DNA of 64,000 bases, taken from Octopus vulgaris. Lineage: Eukaryota. A program made the translations under genes and the position numbers. This document shows, piece by piece, positions 1 through 13,780 of this stretch. The first letter of the stretch is position 1. Each line of letters begins with the position of its first letter. A model generated the notes under the pieces. That model worked only from the letters and a program-made list of their open reading frames with translations, made no database searches and was not told the origin of the DNA. The stretch spans positions 126,108,001 through 126,172,000 of the forward strand of contig OX597818.1 of NCBI GenBank assembly GCA_951406725.2. Reading direction: 5' to 3'.

Positions 1-295
1 TGCTACTGCTGCAGAATATAAACAACAACCGTGTTATTTTATGAATGAACTGTCATGTTTTTAAGTAACAGAACCATGGCTACGTTTATAAATAGTGCAT
101 TGTAATGATATTATATGACATGTGAAAAACATTATTAAGTAACTTCATAGACATAGCAATGTTTATAAATAGTGCAGTGTAGCGATGATAAATGTGAAAT
201 AAATTGAAATAACCCGAGGATATGAATATAAGTATGCTTCATGCCAAGCTCCTGTAACGTTTTGTTCTCATTTACTGTGTTAAAAACAGAATATA

Positions 296-700
296 CGGGG
301 TGGTGTGAAAAAGTTCCCGGACTAGTTATGTTTAATAACCTAAGTTTTAAAATCATCTCCTTCGAAATAATCACCTTGCGCAGCAATACACCGGCCCCAG
401 CGTTCTTCCATCTTTTGGAATCTAGCCTGGAAGTCGTTTTCCATAAGCGAGTCGAGGGCCCTTTACGATTCACTCTGGATCTCGACAACGGCGTTAAAAC
501 GGTGACCTTTCTTTTTTTCCATCTTGAGGAAGTGATGGAAATTCGCAGGGGCTAAATCTGATTTGTAGGGCGCGTGCGGTAGCGATACCATGTTACTTTT
601 GGCGAGAAACTCACGAGTGAGGAGAACTTGGTAACAGGGTGCACTGTCGTCATGAAGAATCGAATTCTTTGCACTCACTAAGCACAATCCAAAATAGAAT
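296..700 (-). mobile_element. mariner transposase C-terminal fragment with 3' TIR
   Basis: ORF 463..687 has ILHDDSAP...LPHAPYKSDLAP..F..F.KM...KGHRF, matching the mariner HDNAP / HPPYSPDLAP motifs. A TA-preceded end cggggtggtgtgaaaaagttcccggac starts at 296. Confidence 0.8.
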
Positions 701-704
701 ATTC

Positions 705-1030
705 ACCAAAAAAAAAAAAAGCTGATGGTATCTGTTTGGAGGTCGAGCACTGGTGTCATCCAATAAACCTTCATGAGACCTAGTAAATCAATTACAGCAG
801 ATATATACATCAACCAATTCGATAAAATGAGGAGTAAATTTGCAATTAAACAACCGAGATTGGTCAGTACAGACAGGCCAATTCTCTTGCAAGACAATGC
901 TCGACTACATGTTGCACAAAGAACGCTTCTCAAGTTACAGGAACTGAACTTGGAAGTACTTTGTCATCCACCATATTCACCAGATCTTGCACTACCAGTC
1001 TATCATGTTTTCTAAGTATTAGACATTTTG
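705..1030 (+). mobile_element. second mariner transposase fragment (DD34D catalytic region)
   Basis: ORF 773..1015 has ILLQDNARLHVA...LEVLCHPPYSPDLA. Confidence 0.85.
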
Positions 1031-1143
1031 CCACCATTGTTATTATGGTTGTTGTCATGGTAGCCCAGTGGCAGAATCGTTAGAGCGTCGAGCAAAATGC
1101 TTAGCGGCATTTCTTCCGTCGCTTTATTATTATTATTATTATT

Positions 1144-1176
<33 letters not shown>

Positions 1177-1217
1177 ATTATAAATATCTTCTTCTTCTTC
1201 TTCTTCTTCTTCTTCTT

Positions 1218-1245
<28 letters not shown>

Positions 1246-1248
<3 letters not shown>

Positions 1249-1741
1249 TATTTGCACAAGTTGGCTCCAAGTCTCACCCAGAGACCTCAAGAGACAACAA
1301 GTTAGAAGTTCATGTTGGTGTTATGCCTAGGGTGTCATATATTTGGTTTTGCACATAGTATTGTTCCAGAGAATGTTTAAGAAAACATAAGAAAGTTATG
1401 AGTTTGTTTTAAAATTTGAGATTACATAGACAGTATTTTACGTAGGATATGGCCAATTCCCATGAGCACTATCTTTTGAATTTTTGCCATTTTGGGATTT
1501 CCTGGTATCTGAGTTGTGAAGAAACCAGCACCTTTTGCTATCATTCCTAGGGCACCTATGTTTTAGTCTTGAGATACTACATATTGCCACTTGCTATTTC
1601 AAGATCTTTATACTTGGTCAGTTTTTGGCACGTCTTGACACATACATTTATGTCGATTGGGACAGCCATATCAATAAGAAGGCACGATTTTTGCCTTAAG
1701 TCTTTCAATATAATGTCAGGCCTATTCGCATCTATCTTTCT
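1246..1741 (-). mobile_element. 3' end of R4/Dong-like non-LTR retrotransposon (restriction-like endonuclease domain plus 3' UTR)
   Basis: RKIDANRPDIILKDLRQKSCLLIDMAVPIDINV..K..KL.KYKDLEI fits the RLE PD..D..K..KY motif. Bounded by (TTA)n and (CTT)n. Confidence 0.8.
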
Positions 1742-1759
1742 ATTATTATTATTATTATA

Positions 1760-1833
<74 letters not shown>

Positions 1834-2512
1834 GCAAGCTGGCAGAATCGTTAGTACCCCGGGCAAAAGGTTTAGAGGCATTTTGTCCATCTTTATGTTC
1901 TGAGTTCACATCTCGTTGAGGTTAACTTTGCCTTTCATCACATCGAGTTGTCGATAAATGAAATACCAGTCAATGACAAACTTCTTGCCCTTGTGCCAAA
2001 CTTTGAAACAGTTGTTATTGTTGTTGTTTAGGAAGTCCTTTAAAGGATTCCTAAGAAATATTTGTGTCACACCGATGCGGGAAGTGAACTGAAATCCTTT
2101 GAAACGTTTAACTGAGGGTAGATGAAACGAAACTTTCGCCTCGTGGAGCACAGCCAGTGCAGCTTTTATCAACCCTTGACATCATCACATATGGCAGTGT
2201 ATTTGCGCGAAAACTCCCAAGAATAAGTCACAAAAACATAACTGGGTCCAATTAAACAATTATTTTTGTTCCGCCGTTTCATAAAAGAAATGGTTAATCG
2301 AAAGATTAAACTAAGGTATTTTATCTCTCCTTTCTTTATATTATCTCCTTGCTACATGTCAAAGAAGATATTTCGCATGTTTACATAACCTTTGACCGAT
2401 TTCAGATGTAAAAGATCAACAAGGAGATATACGTTTAGACAAATACACAGTAATATATACATAGCATGAACACGTGTTTCGCTCTAGCTTCTACCGCTAA
2501 CAAAACAATTTC

Positions 2513-2553
<41 letters not shown>

Positions 2554-2715
2554 GTGAGAGAGAGACAGAGAGACAGAGAGACAGAGAGACAGAGAGACAG
2601 ACAGACAGACAGAAATATGTATCAATATGCAATTGCGTACAACTGAAATAAACATCCAACTATGCATCCATCATCCATCTAGCCAGCCATCCGTACATAC
2701 ATACATGTCTGTCTG

Positions 2716-2790
<75 letters not shown>

Positions 2791-2813
2791 CTCTCTATGT
2801 ATATATGTATATA

Positions 2814-3140
2814 TATATTATATTAAATTAGAGACAAAACCTCGCCAAGAAAAATATTTAAACCACCTGATGAATGACTGCGACTCAAAAATTTGAAGAT
2901 GTTAGCAAGCATGAAACGATCGTAGTGTGATATTAATTATATTTTTTTTAATAATTTTGTTATATATTTAAATAATATAAATTAATCATATGTATTGGCT
3001 TAAGTTTTTCATTGTTTGATTTGCCTAATAGTGGTTTTGTCTCTAATTTAATATAATATAATATTTTACTATAAAATTGGATTCAATCCTAAATCTGATT
3101 TTCCCCTGTAAGTTTGGATTTATTCCCTAATATTTATAAT
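2814..3140 (+). mobile_element. PLE pLTR-like non-coding element in (TA)n with HHR and 28-bp inverted repeat
   Basis: Perfect IR 2814-2841/3033-3060, an HHR inside, and TA-rich microsatellite on both sides. Confidence 0.65.
2864..2927 (+). ncRNA. type I hammerhead ribozyme motif
   Basis: cac-CTGATGA-atg..(extended stem II)..cat-GAAAC-gatc-GTA-gtg. Stem III is the palindrome acgatcgt; stem I is short or decayed. Confidence 0.7.
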
Positions 3141-3590
3141 GTATATATATATATATACATACATACATATATATATACACACACACATATGTATATGTAT
3201 GAATATGTGCGCGTGAGCATGCACGTCATATTACATATGTGTGTGTGTGAGTGTGTGTGTATGCGTGCGTGCATGTGTACACACAAACATATTTATACAT
3301 ACACTCACGCATGTATAATCGAATAAGAAGTTCGTCCAGTAATAATGAATGGTTAAGCTCCTCCAGTTTCGAATCGTCTTTATTCATTCATTTTATCTCT
3401 ATTTATATTGTTTAGATAAAAATCCGAGATACTTACTTATCATATATGCATAGACAGTAAAAATAAACATGAACAGAGCCACAGGCAGACAGACAGACAG
3501 ACAGACAGACACACACTCACATACTCATACACACGCATTCCCTCATTTGCACACAAACGTGTATATGTTTGTACGTGTATGTATGTGTGA

Positions 3591-4047
3591 AGGCGGAAAG
3601 CTGGCAGAATTGTTAGCGCTTTGCTCAAAAATGCTAAGCCAGTATTTCTTCCGGCTTTTTACGTCCTGAGTTCAAATTCCGTGCGGGTCGACTTTGCTTT
3701 TCCAATTTTCGGTGTTGATAAAACAAGTACCTATTTCTTTACTACCCACAAGGGGCTAAACACAGAGGGGACAAACAAGGACAGACATAGGTATTAAGTC
3801 GACTACATCAACCCCAGAGCGTAACTGGTACTTAATTTATCGACCCCGAAAGGATGAAAGGCAAAGTCGACCTCGGCGGAATTTGAACTCACAGCGTAAC
3901 GAAATACGGCTACGCATTTCGCCCGGCGTGCTAACGTTTCTGCCAGCTCGCCGCCCTGACAAGATAAGTACCGTCTGAGCACTGGGGTGGAGATAATCGA
4001 CTAATCCCTCCCTTAAAATTGCTGGCCTTGCTCCTACATTTGAAACC
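3591..4047. mobile_element. tRNA-derived SINE family B (Nin/Deu-like core), + copy interrupted by an inverted copy (3733-3955)
   Basis: Consensus ggcggcgagctggcagaatcgttagc...gtcgactttgcctttcatcctttcggggtcgataaa..agtaccag. Degenerate duplication tgataaaacaagtacc/tgacaagataagtacc around the inner copy. Confidence 0.8.
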
Positions 4048-4089
4048 ATACGTATGTGTGTGTGCGTGTGTATGTATGTATATATATAT

Positions 4090-4470
4090 ATATATGTATA
4101 TATGTTTGTGTGTCTGTGTTTATCTCCCAACATTGCTTGACAGCCGATGCTGGTGTGTTTACGCCCCCGTAATTTAGCGGTTCGACAAAAGAGATTGATA
4201 GAATAAGTACTAGGCTTACAAAGAATAAGTCCTGGGGTCGACTTGTTCGACTAAAGGCGGTGTTCCAGCATGGCCGAAGTCAAATGATTGAAACCAATAA
4301 AAGATAGAAGAATACAGTCGCAGGAGTGGTTGCGTGGTAAGAAACTTGCTCCCCAACCACATGGTTCCGGGTTCAGTTCCATTGCGTGGCACCTTGGGTA
4401 AGTGTCTTCTACTATAGCCTCGGGCCGACCAAAGCCTTGTGAGTAGACGGAAACTGAAAGAAACTCGTCG
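4090..4470 (+). mobile_element. SINE family A pieces (3' half followed by 5' half)
   Basis: Matches both halves of the full-length copies at 11491-11900 and 63550-63961. Confidence 0.75.
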
Positions 4471-4525
4471 TGTGTGTGAGTGTGTGTATATATATATATA
4501 TTTTTCTTCTTTCTTCTTTATGCCT

Positions 4526-5150
4526 TTAACCCTCCAACGCAGAGTATAGGCCACTTATAGTTGAATTCCATGCCGCATAATGTTTGGCTTCTGTACTAAT
4601 ACTCTGCCATGAATGTCCCCCTTTCTCTAGTTTCTTTTGTGTTGATCTCCGCCACGAGCTCTTAGGCCTACCTCTCCTTCTATATCCAACCGGTTTCCAC
4701 TTTAAAGCACTTTTCGCTACATTTGGTGTGTCTTTTCTAATCGTGCTACCAATCCACTTCCACTTTTTCTTAAATATTTGCTCCCTAATCGAAACTGGAT
4801 TTGTTCTTTGCCATAGCTCCATACTGCTTATGTGTTCGGGCCATCTAATTTTAAGTATACTACGCAAGCATCTGTTGATGAATGATTGTATTTGCTTATT
4901 TGACTTAACTGTTGTTCGCCATGTCTCAGCTTTTACGTTAGTGTTAAAAATTCTTATTTTGTTCTTTATTGAAATTACACTTGCGCTCCATACTTTTTTT
5001 TTAACAGGTGAAAAGCGGTCCTTGCCTTACTTATTCTCGTCTTAATATCTTCGTCGGTGCCGCCTGAAAACGTTATCTTACTACCTAAATACGTAAACTC
5101 GGCTACATCTCCTAGTTCACCGGTTTCTAGTTTAATACGTTCGCTGTTTT
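4526..5150 (-). mobile_element. RTE-clade LINE, RT C-terminal fragment
   Basis: VAEFTYLGSKITFSGGTDEDIKTRISKARTAF (5010-5140) and LRSILKIRWPEHIS...WKWIG...ALKWKP.G.RRRGRPK.SWRR (ORF 4526..4867). Confidence 0.88.
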
Positions 5151-5625
5151 CTTATATATATCTGGTGTGTACAAATGAAACCGTATGATATTAAAATAGC
5201 CATCTGTGTATCATACCTAAGGTATATACACTATTGACAGGGAAGATACGGCGGTTTTCGTCCGACAAAACCTCTTATAGAGATGCACAATACATATCGG
5301 ACAGAAAAAAAATCGTCGCGGCTTGCGAAAAGTTCAGATACATTTTGGCCTTTTTAGACCTAGTTAATGGCATGCACTAGCATCCACATGCCTAAAAGAA
5401 AAAATTGTTGTCTCTGATATATAGGAAACAGTGAGTAATGCATTCACTGATATTGCGAATAGTCGCCAGGTTGAATAAAAATCATGTGCACGCAATTTAA
5501 TTAGCATTAAAAAAAAACCTGTTATAAACTTGGTTTGTTTTGGCAGCTTGTAGCTGAATGTATTGTCCACTGTACGAGACATAGATGACTATTCTATATT
5601 ACGCGCGCGCGCTCACACACACACA

Positions 5626-5657
<32 letters not shown>

Positions 5658-5663
5658 AATATT

Positions 5664-5695
<32 letters not shown>

Positions 5696-5698
<3 letters not shown>

Positions 5699-5832
5699 CG
5701 CAGGAGTGGCTGTGTGGTAAGTAGCTTGTTTACCAACCACATGGTTGCGGGTTCAGTCCTACTGCGTGGCACCTTGGGCAAGTGTCTTGTGAGTGGATTT
5801 GGTAGACGGAAACTGAAAAGAAGCCCGTCGTA

Positions 5833-5900
<68 letters not shown>

Positions 5901-6120
5901 TGTGTGTGTTTGTGTGTATGTGTTTGTCCCTCTAGCATTGCTTGACAACCGATGTTGGTGTGTTTATGTCCCCGTTACCTAGCGGTTCGGCAAAATAGAC
6001 TGATAGAATAAGTACTGGGCTTACAAAAAGAATAAGTTCCGGGGTCGAGTTGCACGATTAAAGGTGGTACTCCAGCATGGCCGCAGTCAAATGACTGAAA
6101 CAAGTAAAAAGAGTAAAAAG
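5696..6120 (+). mobile_element. SINE family A (tRNA-like head, internal (TA)n/(TG)n, aaaagagt tail)
   Basis: A box tggctgtgtgg, B-box-like ggttcagtcc and core ccttgggcaagtgtct. More than 12 related copies occur in the window. Confidence 0.85.
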
Positions 6121-7232
6121 ATATATATATATATATATATGGAGTACCAAAATTATTGGAGTGTCTGACAAGATGCCTTGTCATAAATTTTCAGATATTT
6201 TGCGTTTTGAGTGGCAGAAACTTTAAGCACGCTGGACGGTATTTCGCCGTCGCTACGTTCTGAGCTCAAATTTTGTCGAGGTCGACTTTGACTTTCATCC
6301 TTTCAGGGTCGATAAATTAAGTACCAGTTGAGTACTGGGGGTCAATGTAATCGACTATCCGCCTCCCCCCCAAATTTCGTGCCTTGTGTCTATAATAGAA
6401 AAGATTATTATTATTATTGTTGAACTTTTTATTATGTATTTGTCTTTTAAGTGGCATTTGCATAAGTGAGTCAGTTCTTGAACGATAGTCATGACACGCA
6501 CCATTGACCAGGGCTAGTATGTTACTGCTTTGTTTTACTTAGTAGTGTGAGTCAGGTACTACGGTGCCGCAAGAAAAATGACAACAACAGTATTAATAAC
6601 GATGATGATAGAATCAACCTGTTACATGCTAAATGTTTTATTTCTTTACTTTTATTAAACTAAGATGACAAGCTTTATCTAGTTTTTTTTTGGACTGCGC
6701 CGCTTTGGCAATAGTGAAGCCACTGATCATGTGGTGTTGGCAGTGGTGGTGGTGGTGGTGGTGGTGGTGGTTGTGGTGCTGCTGGTGGTGGTGGTGGTGG
6801 TTGTGGTGGTGGTGGTAGTGGTGGTGATGCTAGTGTTGATGATGATGCTGGTGGTGTTGATGCTGTGAGTCAGCGGTTGCACAACTTTGGCGATGTAACA
6901 TTTGTTCGACAATAGTTTACTTGTTACAGCGTATCGTGTACATTCACACACCTAAGAAACCATTCACCCACACACATATAAATAAAATTTTGATGTTCGT
7001 TCTTTATGTCAAGTTATACATGAAAACAATTTAACATTAAACTGAAAAATTTTCACAATACTTTTTAGCAGAGTACAGTGTTTATGAAACTTTTAAACGA
7101 AGAAGGGTGATACTGATTTCTGCCTGCTAGCCAGATAATATGTATATACGAAAATAAACAAAAGACGAAGGCAGGTGGAGTACAAACAAACAAATGTATT
7201 AGTATAGCGATCAGGAATAGAAATAGAAAAAG

Positions 7233-7270
7233 TCTTTTACGTTTCGAGCCTACGCTCTTAGACAGAAAGA
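7233..7270 (-). ncRNA. minimal type I HHR-like motif with variant core, in TA-flanked element 7148-7345
   Basis: Minus strand: tcttt-CTGTCTAA-gagc gtag gctc-GAAAC-GTA-aaaga. Stems I and II are perfect; the core deviates from CUGANGA. Confidence 0.55.
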
Positions 7271-8231
7271 TACACAGAAAAAAAACAAGGAGAGAAACAA
7301 GGAGAGAAAAAAATGCGTGTAGGAGCTAACGATCTATCATGGCGTAATATATATTCTTTTACTCTTTTACTTCTTTCAGTCATTTCACTGCGGCCATACT
7401 GGTGCATCGCCTTTAATCGAGCAAATTATTCTTTGTAAGCCAAGTACTTATTCTATCGGTCTCTTTTACCGAACCGCTAAGTTACGGGGACGGAAACACA
7501 CCAGCATCAGTTGTCAAGCATACGCTCCTCCTGATCTGTCAAAGACCGAATTGTGGGTTTGTTGGTACGTTACGTCACTATCATAGAATAGCTTTCGTTC
7601 CTTCGTGTCTTAGAGCAAGTGTCTTTTCTCCGGAAACGCATCTGTCGGGCTTCGCATTGAAGAATTTGTCAAAAGCAATCTCGCCACCGACACTCGCTGC
7701 ACTGTATCCTCTTTTACATAAAAGATAAGGGATAAGAAAGTAAAGAAGGTTGAAATGGGATAAAAGTATACATAATATGCAAAATATTTGAACACATCTA
7801 TCATACAGTGTTTCTGATACAAAAGAGCCTCCAACTATGGCCAATCAAAGAACTTCACAGATCCAGGATCACCCTGACCACCAAGGTCACGAGCCCTCGT
7901 CTAACTGTTATTCTCCAATCTACAGGCACATGTTCAGAGTAGGTGCGCTCTCCCTAACCATTTTTCGCCACAGTCATCTATCTTTTTACTGGTCGATGAG
8001 GGATTGACCGAAGTGGTGCAAATCTGTCCTCAGTGCTTTCAATCTCGTCCACACACACTATATTTCGTCATAGCCATGAGACAAAGGAACACTGCTCACC
8101 CTGCTTTGTTAATGGTGGACGGGAGACAATCTTACGTTAGACTCAACGGATAGTCAAATTCCTCCTACGCGCAAGAATGGCTGTTCGACATAACTCCAGA
8201 AGCCAGCAATGCTTGGAAGCGGCATGAGTAT

Positions 8232-8765
8232 ACTCTTTACTCTCTTTTACTCTTTCACTTGTTTCAGTCACTTGAGTGCGGCCATGCTGGAGCACCACCT
8301 TTAGTCGAGCAACTAGACCCCGGGACTTATTCTTTGTAAGACCAGTACTTATTCTATCGGTCTCTTTTGCAGAACCGCTAAGTGACGGGGACGTAAACAC
8401 ACCAGCATCAGTTGTCAAGCAATGCTAGGGGGACAAACACAGACACACAAACATATACACACACATACATACATATATATATATATATTAATATATATAT
8501 ATATATATACATTTATATTATATTGAGGGTACTACTATTCATAGATACCAACACGCTAAGAGGGACCAATGCGGTCAAAACTACTAAAAATAAACAAAAT
8601 TTTACCGAATGCAAAAAAATATATATATATACATATATATACGACAGGCTTCTTTCAGTTTCCGTCTACCAAATCCACTCACAAGGCATTGGTCGGCCCG
8701 AGGCTATAGCAGAAGACACTTGCCCAAGATGCCACGCAGTGGGACTGAACCCGGAACCATGTGGA
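8232..8765 (-). mobile_element. SINE family A with a ~110-bp insert (8510-8619) in its internal (TA)n
   Basis: Both SINE halves are present; the insert is unrelated to the SINE consensus. Confidence 0.8.
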
Positions 8766-8879
8766 ACCATTTGGTTCCGGGTTCAACTTTCGTAGCTCTG
8801 CTTGGATCTCGAGCAATCCTTTTTAACGGCACCTCAGTGCCTGAAAAGATTTTCTTGGACCGGGGGTATCTAATAGCTA

Positions 8880-9208
8880 TTTCAAATTTTGGTACAAGGA
8901 CGGTAATATTTTATGGGGGTGGAGCTTAATCAAAGACATCGACGCTAGTACTTGACCTCGGCTGAATTTGAACTCAGAACGTAAGGAACCCGAAGAAATG
9001 CCTATAAGCATTTTGTCCGGCGTGCGAATGATTCTACCTACTCGCTGCCTTAATAATAATGGTTTCAAGAATTAGCACAAGACCAGCAATTTCGAAGGGA
9101 TGAAAGGCAAAGTCGACCTCGCCTGAATTTGAAATCAGAACGTAGCGACGGGCGAAATACCGCTAAGCATTTCGTCCAGCGTGCTAACGATTATGCCAGC
9201 TCGCCGCC

Positions 9209-9210
<2 letters not shown>
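8880..9210 (-). mobile_element. two SINE family B fragments
   Basis: Match the family B consensus (gccagctcgccgcc ends). Confidence 0.75.
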
Positions 9211-9264
<54 letters not shown>

Positions 9265-9277
9265 CTTTTTAATCTTT

Positions 9278-9484
9278 CTATCTTTTACTTGTTTCAGTCA
9301 TTTGACTGCGGCCATGCTGGAGCACCGCCTTAAATCAAGCAACTCGACTGCGGGACTTATTCTTTGTAAGTACTTATTCTATCGATTTCTTTTGCCGAAC
9401 CGCTAGTTGACGGGGACATAGACACACCAGCATCGGTTGTCAAGCAATGCTAGGGGGAGAAACACAGACACACAAACATACACG

Positions 9485-9576
<92 letters not shown>

Positions 9577-9747
9577 CATATATACGACGGGCTTCCTTCA
9601 GAATCCGTCTACCAAATCCACTCACAAGACTTTGGTCGGCCCGAGGCTATAGTAAAAGACAGTAGCCCAAGGTGCCACGCAGTGGGACTGAACCCGGAAC
9701 CATGTGGTTCGTAAGCAAGCTACTTACCACACAGCCAGTCCAGCGCC
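9278..9747 (-). mobile_element. SINE family A, full length, in (AAT)n
   Basis: Both halves plus the internal microsatellite. Confidence 0.85.
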
Positions 9748-9806
<59 letters not shown>

Positions 9807-10758
9807 GAACGCTGATGAGAAGTCAAAATACGAACTTTAGAATGCCGAAATGTTAAATAAAACAGAGAAAATATCCACATACATACACGTGGTGGGTGAT
9901 GGTGGCGGCGGAGTACAGGGTGAGAGAATGGCTCAAAGATGTGTTTCTATGGAAACATAAAATTTCCTATCTTTGGTACGTTTCCTCTCATAGTTTCTCA
10001 CTTTATTATTGGGTATAAATACACACACACACACAAGCACATACGCACGCACACATACTTATAAGTATGCATGCATGCCTGTATGTGTGTGTGTATGTAT
10101 ATATGTATCCAAGGTCGACTTTACCTTTCATCTTTTCGGGGTCGATAAATTAAGTACTAGTTACGCACTGGGGTCGATGTAATCGACTTAATACCTATGT
10201 CTGTCCTTGTTTGTCCCCTCTGTGTTTAGCCCCTTGTGGGTAGTAAAGAAATATATACGTATGCACGTATGCTGGAATGTATGCGAGCCAAGACGTTCTT
10301 TCATGATGGAGGTATGAATGATATTGATAGATGAACCCTTTCTGAGAGACGGATACATACGCGCCACACACACACACATTTATGTGTGCCCACGCGTTTG
10401 CGCGTGTCTATGCATATAAGTAACATATCCAATGAAATGTGTATGTAAAGGTGAGAAAGATAGATGTAGGGAGAAAATAAAAAAAAAAGATGAAGCAGAG
10501 AAACAAAGAGAAAACTGAGAGAGTGAGAGAGAGAAAGAGAGAGAGAGAGAGAAAGCGTGTGTGAGTGAAACATATAGAGAGAAATGTGTACTTGTATGTG
10601 TGTGCGTATACGTGTGTGTGTGAATGTGTGTTTATACGTATACGAGGATGCGCTCAAGGAAAGGAACAGTTAGAATGTCATGCTAGTAGTACCCAATAAC
10701 CAGGCCAGTCAGTGTATATGCGCCAAGTTCGAGATTGTATATACATTCGCACGTACGA

Positions 10759-10833
<75 letters not shown>

Positions 10834-10866
10834 AACATATATGTATGTATACATATATATATATAT

Positions 10867-10915
<49 letters not shown>

Positions 10916-11490
10916 CATATACACACACACATATATATATATACATATATATATATGTGTATATGTGCGTGTGTACATAAACATTCATATTTATGTATTT
11001 AATTCATACTAATATGTAATATGTAAATATATACTATTTGCATATACGTATTGCATATACGTACACACACACACACATAGACACACACACATGCATATGT
11101 GTGTGTGTGTGTGTGTATAAAAATATATATTTATATATATATACACAAACACATATGTATGTGCGTGTGTGTTTATGCATGTACGTACACACACACACAC
11201 ATATGTATACATTCATGCACAAGTGTATAATGCATAGAATATATATATATGTTATTTGTGTGTATTGTTACAAGACAATTCTTTTACTGAGTAAATCTGC
11301 AATTAAAAGTATTTCAGCCATGCCCTTTCTGTTGAAACTTGCTCTTCCTTTATATAACCCCAAAGGATAATTCTCAGATAAGGAAATTATCTGAAATGTC
11401 CAGGGAACATTTCCGACCGAGCTAAAAATCTCCTTGTTAGCTTTATGCCTCATTATTTGCATCTTCGTGCCCCTTGAAAAAAAAAATTCA

Positions 11491-11900
11491 ACGCAGGAGT
11501 GGCTGTGTGGTAAGTAACTTTCTAACCAACCACATGGTTCCGGGTTCAGTCCCACTGCGTGGCATCTTGGGCAAGTGTCTTCTGCTATAGCCCCGGGCCG
11601 ACCAATGCCTTGTGAGTGGATTTGGTAGACGGCAACTGAAAGAAGCCTGTCGTATATACGTATATATATATATGTATGTGTGTGTGTTTGTGTGTCTGTT
11701 TGTCCCCCTAGCATTGCTTGACAACCGATGCTGGTGTGTTTACGTCCCCGTTACTTAGCGGTTCGGCAAAAGAGACCGATAGAATAAGTACTAGGCTTAC
11801 AAAGAATAAGTCCCGGGGTCGATTTGCTCGACTAAAGGCGGTGCTCCAGCATGGCCGCAGTCAAATGACTGAAACAAGTAAAAGAGTAAAAGAGTAAAAG
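11491..11900 (+). mobile_element. SINE family A, full length
   Basis: Near-consensus copy with an (aaaagagt)n tail. Confidence 0.88.
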
Positions 11901-12439
11901 AGACTACCTAAAGGAAGCGTTCAGAATGATATCCGATGCCATTAAACTACACCTGTAAGGCGACGAGTTGCTAAAATCGTTCGCGCGTAAGATAAAATGC
12001 TTGACGGCGTTTCTTCCGGCTTTACGTTTTTAGATCAAATTCCATCAAAGTTTACTTTGCATCTGGTTACCAATAATAAGTGCAACTGCTTCACTCCACA
12101 TCACGAAGATCAACTACATGCAACATTATTGTATCAGAAACACAAATATTGTTGTACTCTTAAACAAATTACAAAAGCGGCACCCACCACCTCAAAATTA
12201 AAATCAACCGGCGTTTTCTATGAATCAACAAAACGTAAACTTCAATATTAAGTAATTCTGGAGAAATATATTTAAGGGTCACACTCACAACGGTGAGGGA
12301 CCTGGTTCTGGTGCTCCGTCGAACCGCTACCCACTGTCTGTCTTCTAACCAGAAGCAAGGTGCCTTACAGAAATAGGTTTAGGTTAAGCCATGCCAAGAA
12401 CAGCGGCTGACCTGCATCAAGCGTGATAGCATGAACTGC

Positions 12440-12705
12440 TAAGCATTTCGTTCGGCGTTTTAACGACTCTGCTAGCTCGCAGCCTTAATAATGATAATGA
12501 TTCTTTCTATTATAGGCACAAGACCTGACAGTTTTCGGCGGGGCTAAGTCGATTACATCAACTCCAGTGCTCAACTGGTACTTATTTTATCGACCCCGAA
12601 GACGAAAGGCAAAGTCAACCACAGTGAAATTTGAATTTGGAACGTAAGGACTGAGGAAATGCCGCTAAGAATTTTGCCCGGCGTGCTAACGATTCTACCA
12701 GCCTC
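12440..12705 (-). mobile_element. SINE family B fragments
   Basis: Consensus match. Confidence 0.7.
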
Positions 12706-12904
12706 AATAATAATAATAATGATAATAATAATATAATAATAATAAACACAACACACACATGTAGTGAATTTTTGTTATCCTGCTTGTCCGAGACCCCACT
12801 CTTTCTTTGTCTACCTTCACACACACACTCTCTCTCTCTGTGTACACACACACACACACACACACAAGTATGCGAGATGTATATGCTATGCTTCCGAGAG
12901 CTTT

Positions 12905-13190
12905 AACTTTAAGTAACCGCTTGGCTTGAATCAAACGGTTCTCCTATGTCTTTGCAGATATGAATTTGCCTCGTTGCAGTTCGCACGATTTGTATCGAAT
13001 GTCCTCGTTTCCCATCGTTCTGATAGTCCACTCCGACACTTGAAATATTTTAGCAATAGCCGTCAGAAATTTCCCGGGATTATCATCGATAACATTTTAA
13101 ACCTATTGGATGAAGTGCAGTGGCCTTATAGTGTCAGAATGTTTGGAATGTTTCTTTTTCTCTTTGGTCATTCCTACCAGAGGCTTCCAT
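12905..13190 (-). mobile_element. decayed Tc1/maT-like transposase N-terminal (HTH) fragment
   Basis: Hand translation SDTIRPLHFIQ*V*NVIDDNPGKFLTAIAKIFQVSEWTIRTMGNEDIRYKSCELQRGKFISAKT*ENRLIQAKRLL, with internal stops. Confidence 0.7.
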
Positions 13191-13495
13191 CCAAACTTTG
13201 TGTACAAAAGATCTCACAAAATTTAGAAATCTCACAAAATTTAGAAAGTTAGCAATTTCTAAATCGTTGTTGTTCCGCACATGTGGCGACAACGACTACA
13301 TATCTTTTCATTTCTTGTGTTTGCATTTTGTCTGTCGTTTCTTGTGTTTGCATTTTTTCTGACCCTTTTAATTGGTCCAAAGATATTAACTATTGATAGT
13401 TGTCTTGAAATACCCAACACGCACACACACACACACATACACGCACACGCACACATACACACACACACACACACACACATGCACGCACGCACAGC

Positions 13496-13535
<40 letters not shown>

Positions 13536-13559
13536 GCTCTAACGGCTCTTGTTTTTTCG

Positions 13560-13780
13560 ATAACATTGATAGCAAAGAGAGCGAGAGATTCGCGGGCTTT
13601 CAACACAACGTCCTGGAACGTCCTCTCCTGTAATCCGAAGAGGAATTTCTAGGATCACCTCACCATTTTCTACCATCTTTGCCTTCCACAATGTCTTCAT
13701 CTCTCTGAATCGGCCTTGATATTTCTTTATTTTTTTTCGGCTACTTTGGTATCCCCTGTATAATGAGATGGTTTTGCAAA
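13560..13780 (-). mobile_element. possible decayed RLE-type LINE C-terminal fragment
   Basis: KKYQGRFREMKTLWKAK.. resembles the K..KY..L..E...LW motif after the RLE domain. Confidence 0.4.

Noticed and set aside
7520-8225. non-repetitive-looking segments (also 21100-21570, 22140-22720, 35700-36220, 39700-40260, 58730-59350)
   Set aside because: Probably old LINE debris, but no motif is clear enough to assign and no convincing exon is visible.
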